Positions 56,726-64,000 of a DNA stretch of 64,000 bases are shown piece by piece. The stretch spans positions 2,076 through 66,075 of the forward strand of contig JAJDUB010000047.1 in NCBI GenBank assembly GCA_022826885.1, in the 5' to 3' direction. The notes under the pieces were generated by a model. That model saw only the letters and a program-made list of their open reading frames with translations, was not told the DNA's origin and searched no databases. Made by a program: the position numbers and the translations under genes. How positions within the stretch are numbered: the stretch's first letter is position 1; each line of letters starts with the position of its first letter. Source of the stretch: Gammaproteobacteria bacterium (GTDB lineage: Bacteria; Pseudomonadota; Gammaproteobacteria; Eutrophobiales; Eutrophobiaceae).

Positions 56726-59059
56726 TTAATGACTGTAGCTGAGACTTACCCCGAATATCCGCGGCGGACCGTAGTGCAGTCGGCCGGGCAGAAAGCCTGA
56801 AGCCGGCCCGAATATTTCACTGAAGTAAATCTTGTCGGACAGGTTGCGCCCCCAGCCCGCCAGTTCCCAGCGCCCGTCGTCGGACCTGACGCCTATCCGG
56901 GCATTCAGCAGCGTATAGGAATTCTGCACCGCGCCGGGGTGATTCGGCAGGATAAACTGGTTCGAATCGGTATAGCTGTAATCGAACTGGGCAAAGGGCC
57001 GGAACCCGGATATTGCCTGTGACGCCGTGTAGCTGACAAGGCCGTTTATCGTGAAGTCAGGCGCGTGAGCAGGGGTTTGGTCTTCATAGTCACCGCTTTT
57101 GATTTCCGCATCCATAAGGTTAAGGCCGGTGTAAACCAGCAACTCAGGAGTAAGCTTCCAGGTAAGCTCAGCCTCGGCGCCGTAGATCTCGACATCGCCC
57201 GCGGTGCCCAACGTAATTACCCTGACATTCTGCCCCGAGACGGGGTCGATCCTGTCGAGCGCCGCTCTCGCCTGCATGTCATTCCAGTCGTAATAATATC
57301 CCGCTGCGTTGAATTGCACGTTGCCATCGGCCAGCGAGGACTTGAATCCCAACTCATAGGCCAGCAGTTCCTCCGACTCGAACGGCAGTAGCTGGTTGCG
57401 AGAGAAGGCAATGGACGCCGGGAAGCCGCCGCTCTTGAACCCGCGGTTGAAGCTGGCATAGAGCAACAGGTTATCGTTCGGCGTAAACTCCAGCGCCACC
57501 CTGCCACCCACCTCTTCGGTATTCAGTTTCGGGTGTGTGAATTCGGCAAGCGGCACCGGGCCGGAGCCGGTTATCTTTCCACCGAAGTTAAACTCGCGAT
57601 CCTCATCGGTATAACGCACTCCACCTGACAGCTTGAATTGTTCAGTAAGACGCCAGTCCACCTGGGCAAATGCGGAGATGCCTTCCGTCTCCTGGAACGA
57701 ACCGCTTTCAAAAAACCCGGAGAACGAGGCATGGTCGCGAAAATCGGTATCCGAGAAGAAGTCGTTATCATCGTTGCTGTAGAACCCGCCCACGATCCAG
57801 TCTATCGGCCCCCAGCTGTCGTCCGAGGCAAAGCGTATCTCCTGGGTAAAACTGGTAATATCTTCCCAGTTCCTGATTTCATGGATATACGCAGGCGACC
57901 CACCCTGGTCCAGGGGCTGGTACCGGTCAAATTCCCGGTAACCGGTGATGGAGGTGGCGGTAAACCGGCCAAGATCCAGGTTGACCGTGGCAGAAATCCC
58001 CCAGGACTCCGCGTCAACCTGGTTGCCGGTGGAGAATTCGCCCAGTACCGTGCGTACGTCCGGGTTACGGTCCTGGATTATCTCTCTTTCAGGCGTCAAA
58101 GCCATACCGCCGGTACGATCGCGTATCTGTGCAAACGAGGCGCATTCCACCTCATTGCGTATCCCTTCTGTTGCATAGGAGCAGAAACCGTTACCGTCCG
58201 CCCTCAGGTTACCCGCATGCTTGAATGCCATGACTTCGGATTCATCCTTTGAATAATCCCCGCTGATGAAAATGTCGAAATCCTCCGTAGGCTCAAACAG
58301 CAATGACCCGCGAAAGGCCTTCCTGTCAATCTCGCCGTTGTCAGGGTCCACCCCGGGGCCGAATGGCACTTCAGGTATGGCTACGAGGGTCTGCCAGCCA
58401 GACTGCGATACATTTATATTTGTGGCAACCCGTGCCGACAAGGTGTCGCTCAGAGGACCGCCGACACCCATTTCAAACTCGGTACGGTCATACTCGGCAT
58501 AATCGAAGCGGGCCTGCAGTTCGAATTCATCGGTGGGTTTGCGCGGTACGACTTTTATCGCGCCGCCGGTAGTATTACGGCCATACAGGGTGCCTTGCGG
58601 ACCTTTCAATACCTCTATCCGGTCCACGTCGAATACCTGGAATCCCAGCATGACGTGTGACGGCAAGGCTATTTCATCCAGATAGATCATGACCGCCGGG
58701 TTCTGTTTACTGGTGACGTCGTTCATCCCTACCCCGCGGATGGTAAACACCGAATCACCCTCGTAGGAGGAGCTGGAGTTAACCGTTAACCCGGGCGTGA
58801 ATTGCGCCAGGTCCCGTGGTTGCGCAACACCAAGGTCGCGCAACATATCACCTGTGAATGCGGTGATCGATATGGAGACATCCTGAACGTTCTGCTCGCG
58901 TTTCTGCGCCGTGACGATGATTTCCTCAATCTGGGCAGATACTGGCGATGAGAATAAAGTAAAACACGAAATAAAAATTATAAAAGATTGAAAAGTAAGC
59001 CTTTTATAAAAAGAACACAGAACAGATACAGAAAATCTGTCTATCGAGTAAGTAATCAT
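56726..59059 (-). CDS. TonB-dependent receptor
   Basis: About 777 aa counted from ATG 59059, with SD GGGGGAGGGG; TTG 59062 is also possible. The plug has 'IEEIIVTAQKREQNVQDV' and 'IEVLKGPQGTLYGRNTTGGAI', followed by a beta-barrel. Confidence 0.88.
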   Translation of the reverse strand: MITYSIDRFSVSVLCSFYKRLTFQSFIIFISCFTLFSSPVSAQIEEIIVTAQKREQNVQDVSISITAFTGDMLRDLGVAQPRDLAQFTPGLTVNSSSSYEGDSVFTIRGVGMNDVTSKQNPAVMIYLDEIALPSHVMLGFQVFDVDRIEVLKGPQGTLYGRNTTGGAIKVVPRKPTDEFELQARFDYAEYDRTEFEMGVGGPLSDTLSARVATNINVSQSGWQTLVAIPEVPFGPGVDPDNGEIDRKAFRGSLLFEPTEDFDIFISGDYSKDESEVMAFKHAGNLRADGNGFCSYATEGIRNEVECASFAQIRDRTGGMALTPEREIIQDRNPDVRTVLGEFSTGNQVDAESWGISATVNLDLGRFTATSITGYREFDRYQPLDQGGSPAYIHEIRNWEDITSFTQEIRFASDDSWGPIDWIVGGFYSNDDNDFFSDTDFRDHASFSGFFESGSFQETEGISAFAQVDWRLTEQFKLSGGVRYTDEDREFNFGGKITGSGPVPLAEFTHPKLNTEEVGGRVALEFTPNDNLLLYASFNRGFKSGGFPASIAFSRNQLLPFESEELLAYELGFKSSLADGNVQFNAAGYYYDWNDMQARAALDRIDPVSGQNVRVITLGTAGDVEIYGAEAELTWKLTPELLVYTGLNLMDAEIKSGDYEDQTPAHAPDFTINGLVSYTASQAISGFRPFAQFDYSYTDSNQFILPNHPGAVQNSYTLLNARIGVRSDDGRWELAGWGRNLSDKIYFSEIFGPASGFLPGRLHYGPPRIFGVSLSYSH

Positions 59060-59149
59060 CAACCCCTCCCCCTTGGTATTATGGATACTACGCCAATCAC
59101 AGGATATGTATTACGCGTAAAATTGTCAATAATCGACAGTATTGTTTTT

Positions 59150-60514
59150 TTACAACTTCTGCCAGCCTTCCTCTGCTTCCAGCAGACTCTGCCGGTAATA
59201 TTTCAGTCCCGTATAGAGTATGAGCGCCGATAACGGCGCCGCTATAGCCGCTACCGTTGCCAGTGAATAGCCCACCAGGGCCGGGTCGCCGTACAGGTAG
59301 TCGGTCATCAGGGCAACAAAGGTCGGACCTATCCCCATGCCTACCAGGTTGACACTCAACAGGTACAGTGCAGAGACCTGGGCGCGCATCTGGTTCGGCG
59401 TGATTGGCTGTAACGCAGCAGGCGCGATGCCGTGCGGCAGGCTCCAAAGAAAGGTGAACGGCGCCATGAGCGCCAGCGCCAGCCACACATTGTCGACCAA
59501 CGGCACAGCTATGCCAAACGGGGCGGCGCAAAGCGCCCCGATCATAATGACTCTCAGGTTGGCATCTGTATGGCCGCGCCGGCGCAATGCATCTGCTATC
59601 CATCCTGCGCCGACTACACCGGAAGTCCCGAATATCAACAGCATGAAGCCATAAACGAGGCCGACCTCACCTGGCGTCCAGCCATACTTGCGTATAAAAA
59701 ATGCGGGCGTCCAGGCTAAAATCGCATAGGCAAGCATCACGAACATGGAAACCCCGATCAGGTGGTGTCCGTAAGTGCGCCAGTTTTTACGCAAAAATCT
59801 CAATATGTCTTTAATCGGAATGCTTTTCGGGACAGCGCCCGGCTCATCCCCAAGCAGGCCCCTGCGGGCCGGTTCACGCAGGGTCATTACCAGGAGCGCC
59901 AATAAAACCCCGGGCAATCCTACAACTATGAATGCCAGTTGCCATGCCCTCAACTGCCCGATAAAAGGTATATCGACTGTATCAAGACTCGCCACATAAT
60001 CGACGACAAGGCCGCCGATGATATATGCAAGGCCCGCGCCGAGAAAGCTGCCTCCGGTATACACCGCGATAGCCCGTGTGACTTTACCGGGCGGAAAATA
60101 ATCGCTGAACAACGAATAGGCCGGAGGAGATAATGCAGCCTCTCCGACTCCCACCCCTATGCGCGCGGCAAACAACTGCCAGAAGGTTTTCGACAAACCG
60201 CACAGGGCAGTCATCAGACTCCAGAGAAACACACCGGCGGCAATAATGGAACGGCGATTGGAGACGTCTGCAAGACGGGCAATCGGAATGCCCATCAGTG
60301 TATAGAACAGCGCAAAGGCAATCCCCTGCAGGAGGGATATCTGGGTATCCGAGAGATTCAGGTCATGGCGGATTGGTTCGACCAGCAGGTTCAGGATCTG
60401 CCGGTCAATGAACGAGAAGATATAGGCGAGCGTCAGAACGCCTACGACATACCAGGCATAGACCTGGTTGGGATAGTCTGCAGTTCCGGCAGTCGGCGTA
60501 TGGGAGTTCTTCAT
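59150..60514 (-). CDS. MFS transporter
   Basis: 454 aa with about 12 TM segments and MFS motif A 'GIPIARLADVSNRRSII'. Confidence 0.85.
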   Translation of the reverse strand: MKNSHTPTAGTADYPNQVYAWYVVGVLTLAYIFSFIDRQILNLLVEPIRHDLNLSDTQISLLQGIAFALFYTLMGIPIARLADVSNRRSIIAAGVFLWSLMTALCGLSKTFWQLFAARIGVGVGEAALSPPAYSLFSDYFPPGKVTRAIAVYTGGSFLGAGLAYIIGGLVVDYVASLDTVDIPFIGQLRAWQLAFIVVGLPGVLLALLVMTLREPARRGLLGDEPGAVPKSIPIKDILRFLRKNWRTYGHHLIGVSMFVMLAYAILAWTPAFFIRKYGWTPGEVGLVYGFMLLIFGTSGVVGAGWIADALRRRGHTDANLRVIMIGALCAAPFGIAVPLVDNVWLALALMAPFTFLWSLPHGIAPAALQPITPNQMRAQVSALYLLSVNLVGMGIGPTFVALMTDYLYGDPALVGYSLATVAAIAAPLSALILYTGLKYYRQSLLEAEEGWQKL

Positions 60515-60589
60515 TTCGTTGCAGGTGTACCTGGTGATTATTTCAAGTACTCCGAATTCAGTTTACTATAAATAACAGAGGGAGCAGGC

Positions 60590-62923
60590 ATGAATCTGAC
60601 CATGACAAAAAATTCCATGTCCCGTCACATCAGGTGTTTACTCATAATGATTGGAATGGCGGCATGCGCCGGCGCGCCGGCACTGGAAGAAATTGTCGTA
60701 ACCGCCCAGAAGCGGGAGCAGAACATCAACGACGTAGGCGTAGCTGTCACCGCCTTCAGCGGGGAGCAGATGAATGCGCTGGGGATCGAGTCCAGCACCG
60801 ACCTGATCGCATTCACGCCCGGCGTCTCCCTGGCCGGGGACATCGGCGGCCAGCGCGCCATCTTCAACATCCGCGGTGTCGTGCAAAACGACTATGCAGA
60901 CATTGCGGAAGCTCCGGTAGCCGTCTATGTTGACGACAGTTATCTTGCCAGTACCCAGGCCCAGACCTTCGGCCTGTTTGACATCGAACGAATTGAAGTC
61001 CTCAAGGGCCCCCAAGGCACCCTGTTCGGCAGAAACGCAACCGGCGGCCTGGTCAACACGATAACCGTAAAACCCACCTATGAGTTCGAAGGATACGGCG
61101 AGTTTACTGCGGCCAGGTTTGACCAGTACCGGTTTGAAGGCGCCATCTCCGGCGCCCTGTCGGATAAATTACGCGCCCGCGTGGCTTTCCTGTCCAACCT
61201 GCAGGGAGAAATACTGAAAAACGTGTACGTGGACGGCTCAGCGCCTGATACCCGCCCCGGGTCGCCCGGCGGCGGTGAAGACACCTACAACGATGACACA
61301 CAGGCCGTGCGCGCCCACATCGAATATGATTTGAATGACAACGGCAGTCTGCTGCTGAGCGCGAACTGGGCCGATACGACAAAAAGTGAAGGGCCGTACC
61401 AGGCAGTCAACACCACCGAAATTCTCAATGCCGACGGTGCGGTCATTGATGTCATCTACGCCGCAGACGACCCGCTGGGGTGCGATCAGATACAGTCGGG
61501 CAGATGTGTCGATGCCGTACTCGACGCCGGCGCCAGCCCGTATCGCCCAGTGCCCGGCGGTGATTTCAATGGCAATATCGACCCTGACGGCAGCGGCAGG
61601 CGCATCGACCGGGACTTCGCTTTTGACGACCAAAACCGGATTGAATCCCATGGGATAACAGGGACTCTTGACTATGACTTCGGCGCAATTGAATTCGTAT
61701 CCATAACCGATTATAAATATTTCAGTAGAATTATAGGGTTAGACCCGGATGTCAGCGCATCACCTGAGGTTATATTCCATTCCGACGGGGAAATTGAACA
61801 GGTCAGCCAGGAAACGAGAATCTCCGGCGCAAACGACTCCATGAACTGGGTCGCCGGTCTGTATTATCTCGGTATCGATACCGGGTTTACCCAGGGACTG
61901 GCCGGTAGCGCCGAATCGTTTGTGATCGGACCCAGCCGGGAATTCAATACGATCACCTCCATGGAAACCGATTCCTTGTCCGTTTTCGGGCAGGTAGACT
62001 GGCTCCTGTCACACAACCTTGCGGCGGTGCTGGGATTGCGCTACATCAACGAAGATAAAAAACTGTCGGGTGATATCGGTTTGTTCCGGAACCTGGATGA
62101 CAGGACAATAGAAACGGATACCCGTATGGCTACCCTTGAACGCGCGGACCTGGAAAATAACCAGGACCTCTGGTCCGCCAAGGTCCAGCTAGAATACTCG
62201 CCTGATGAGGACAGCCTGTATTACATCGGCGTGAACCGGGGCGTCAAGGCCGGCAGTTTCAGCGCACCCCTGCTGGGAGGCTTCGGCACTTACAAGCCTG
62301 AAGTCTTACTGGCCTTCGAGACAGGCGCAAAACTGACATTTGCGGATGGGCGGGCGCAGTTGAATACCAGCCTGTTCTATTATGACTACACCGACTACCA
62401 GTCCTTCTCCTGGGTCAACAACGTCAGTTCCGTGACGAATGAAGAGGCCGGATTCACCGGGATCGAACTTGAACTGTTCCTGACACCGTCAGTGGCCTGG
62501 GATATCATGGCAGGCGGTTCCTGGACAGATGCCGAGGTGAACAAACTGGAGGTTGCCCCGGGTTTGACCAGGGATACCCGGCCGGCGTTCACCCCCGAGT
62601 TTCAGGCATCAGGGTTAATTCGTTATAACCGGGACACCGGCCTGGGTAATGTCGCGGCGCAACTCAGCGGTTCGTTTCGCTCCGAGGTGTTCCATAACGC
62701 CAGGAACTTCACGGCACATGAAATAGAAAGTCACACTGTTATGGATATCCGCCTCAGCTGGTCCGACCCGTCGTATGAATGGTCGGTAACCGGGTATATC
62801 GACAATCTGCTTGATTCGAACCACGGTATTATCGGGTTTGATGTGTCGGGATTTACCGGCAATACCCAGATTTCCTACGCGCGTCCCCGCACTTATGGAA
62901 TAACGATCAGAAGAGATTTCTGA
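60590..62923 (+). CDS. TonB-dependent receptor
   Basis: 777 aa with a signal peptide. The plug has 'LEEIVVTAQKREQNINDV' and 'IEVLKGPQGTLFGRNATGGLV'. The terminal residue is Phe. Confidence 0.9.
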   Translation: MNLTMTKNSMSRHIRCLLIMIGMAACAGAPALEEIVVTAQKREQNINDVGVAVTAFSGEQMNALGIESSTDLIAFTPGVSLAGDIGGQRAIFNIRGVVQNDYADIAEAPVAVYVDDSYLASTQAQTFGLFDIERIEVLKGPQGTLFGRNATGGLVNTITVKPTYEFEGYGEFTAARFDQYRFEGAISGALSDKLRARVAFLSNLQGEILKNVYVDGSAPDTRPGSPGGGEDTYNDDTQAVRAHIEYDLNDNGSLLLSANWADTTKSEGPYQAVNTTEILNADGAVIDVIYAADDPLGCDQIQSGRCVDAVLDAGASPYRPVPGGDFNGNIDPDGSGRRIDRDFAFDDQNRIESHGITGTLDYDFGAIEFVSITDYKYFSRIIGLDPDVSASPEVIFHSDGEIEQVSQETRISGANDSMNWVAGLYYLGIDTGFTQGLAGSAESFVIGPSREFNTITSMETDSLSVFGQVDWLLSHNLAAVLGLRYINEDKKLSGDIGLFRNLDDRTIETDTRMATLERADLENNQDLWSAKVQLEYSPDEDSLYYIGVNRGVKAGSFSAPLLGGFGTYKPEVLLAFETGAKLTFADGRAQLNTSLFYYDYTDYQSFSWVNNVSSVTNEEAGFTGIELELFLTPSVAWDIMAGGSWTDAEVNKLEVAPGLTRDTRPAFTPEFQASGLIRYNRDTGLGNVAAQLSGSFRSEVFHNARNFTAHEIESHTVMDIRLSWSDPSYEWSVTGYIDNLLDSNHGIIGFDVSGFTGNTQISYARPRTYGITIRRDF

Positions 62924-62939
62924 GAAACCTCTCCGCGAT

Positions 62940-64000
62940 TCAATCAGAGACTCGTCGGGATGAATCGTCCAGTTCCGCTGCCAGCCAGGTAACCACTGCC
63001 CAGGCGGCAACGTTCTGTTTCAGCTGATTGGGGTCGATCTTGTCCAGGGTGTCGTCGGCCGTGTGGTGGTAATCAAAATAATCTGTGCCGTCCTGCCGCA
63101 GTCGGAATATCCGCACGCCCCTTTCATGCAGCGGTACTATATCCGGCCCGCCGGACTGGGCAGCCTCCCCTTTTTCAATACCCAGGACTTCAAGCACGGG
63201 CATGGCCGTTTCCATCAACACAGGATTATCGGTATCGAAACGCCAGACCGGTCCGGCGCCGAAATCGGATTCGGAGGCATAGATATGATTTTCCAGGTTT
63301 TCGGCATGGGTATTCACATATTGTTTTGCGCCCCACAGGCCGGCTTCTTCATTCCCGAACAGCACCAGGCGGATACTGCTTCGAGGTCTTTGGGGCAATT
63401 CGCCTATCAGGTGTGCCGCGGCAGCGGTGATGGCGACGCCGGCGCCGTCATCCACTGCACCGGTTCCCAGGTCCCAGGAATCCAGGTGAGCGCCGATCAG
63501 CACGAGTTTTTCCGGGGTTTCACGGCCGTTGAGTTGGGCTATCACGTTCCAGGAATGTCCTGCTTCCCTTAAATCCACCTGGATATCCAGGGATATCCTG
63601 ATGCTGTCGCCCCGGCTCATGATCCGCGCCAGTTGATCCGCATCCGGCGCGGACAGGGCCACGGCCGGCAAGGGGTCTTTGGCCATGGTGGACACTCCCG
63701 TGTGGGGGAAGCGATGGCTGTCCGTGCCGATGGAACGGATCAGGACGCCGAGCGCATCTTTTTCCTTGGCAAGCAACCCCGAATCGTAGCGCACCTTGAC
63801 GGAATCTCCATACCCTGTTCCGGTCCGTGTCCGCTCGGTGTATTGATTGATAAAAACGAACCTGCCCTCGACCTGTTCGAGAGGGGCATTTCGAAAAGCG
63901 TCCAGATCCGCGAAGCCGATGACTTCAGCGGTGATCTCACCGTCGGTGGACCCGCTGTAGCCCAGCGCCGTGACATGCAGTTCCTGCGGGTATGGCGCTT
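62940..64000 (-). CDS. M28-family (PA-domain) aminopeptidase, 5' end outside window
   Basis: My own translation shows the frame stays open upstream of the ORF-track GTG (63794) to base 64000 ('APYPQELHVTALGYSGSTDGEITAEVIGF...'). Zn-ligand contexts are 'IGAHLDSWDLGTGAVDDGAG', 'LFGNEEAGLWGA' and 'DYHHTADD'. Confidence 0.85.
   Translation of the reverse strand, partial: APYPQELHVTALGYSGSTDGEITAEVIGFADLDAFRNAPLEQVEGRFVFINQYTERTRTGTGYGDSVKVRYDSGLLAKEKDALGVLIRSIGTDSHRFPHTGVSTMAKDPLPAVALSAPDADQLARIMSRGDSIRISLDIQVDLREAGHSWNVIAQLNGRETPEKLVLIGAHLDSWDLGTGAVDDGAGVAITAAAAHLIGELPQRPRSSIRLVLFGNEEAGLWGAKQYVNTHAENLENHIYASESDFGAGPVWRFDTDNPVLMETAMPVLEVLGIEKGEAAQSGGPDIVPLHERGVRIFRLRQDGTDYFDYHHTADDTLDKIDPNQLKQNVAAWAVVTWLAAELDDSSRRVSD

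Noticed and set aside
56726-56740. The first TonB-dependent receptor ends in '...SLSYSH' (terminal His) rather than the usual aromatic residue
   Set aside because: The stop codon was verified by hand. This is probably within natural variation of the beta-signal, since Tyr lies at -3. There is not enough evidence to call it a truncation.
59097-59603. 168-aa minus-strand ORF overlapping the MFS gene
   Set aside because: It is an alternative frame of the MFS transporter 3' region, with Arg/Cys/Pro-rich composition. It is not credible as an independent gene.

Overview
This is a 64-kb chromosomal segment from a Gammaproteobacterium, judged from gene order that matches Pseudomonas and E. coli. All assignments come from reading the supplied ORF translations (remembered family motifs), synteny and manual inspection of intergenic DNA. 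No database search, HMM, folding or composition calculation was run. Bases 1-22.8 kb are conserved housekeeping: lepA (5'-truncated)-lepB-rnc-era-recO-pdxJ, then an aldehyde:ferredoxin-oxidoreductase-family gene where E. coli carries acpS. These are followed by divergent rluC/rne with a long structured rne leader, sppA, maf, and yceD-rpmF-plsX-fabH-fabD-fabG-acpP-fabF-pabC-mltG-tmk-holB-ycfH. From 22.8 kb onward the window is accessory. It holds a class-V aminotransferase and a MetE/UROD-like orphan. Next comes an NCS1 permease-FAH hydrolase-LigB/MhpB-type dioxygenase operon; the FAH gene carries a perfect 21-bp in-frame tandem duplication. Then follow qor tightly linked (1-nt gap, possibly translationally coupled) to an endonuclease-Q-like PHP protein, and a small toxin-antitoxin patch (DUF433/DUF5615 plus a PIN-gene stub). 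The most unusual locus is a three-gene operon encoding a Ddl-like ATP-grasp ligase fused to an apparently catalytically dead M20 domain, a signal-less gamma-glutamyltransferase homologue and an FGase-fold amidase. Further on, an ECF sigma factor is flanked by two paralogous MscS-like 'TM-helix repeat' proteins, a stand-alone MgtE cytosolic sensor domain and a full-length MgtE. Then come an M20D amidohydrolase, DUF1640, a PPOX flavoprotein, and cusCBA-type Cu/Ag efflux genes preceded by a Cys/His-rich small protein instead of cusF. The window ends with a ~13.6-kb TonB-dependent utilisation locus: 2 TBDRs, an MFS transporter, 3 secreted amidohydrolases, an FAD oxidase, a cyclophilin-like small protein and an M28 peptidase that is open at the window edge. 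I found no rRNA, tRNA, CRISPR array, transposase or integrase.
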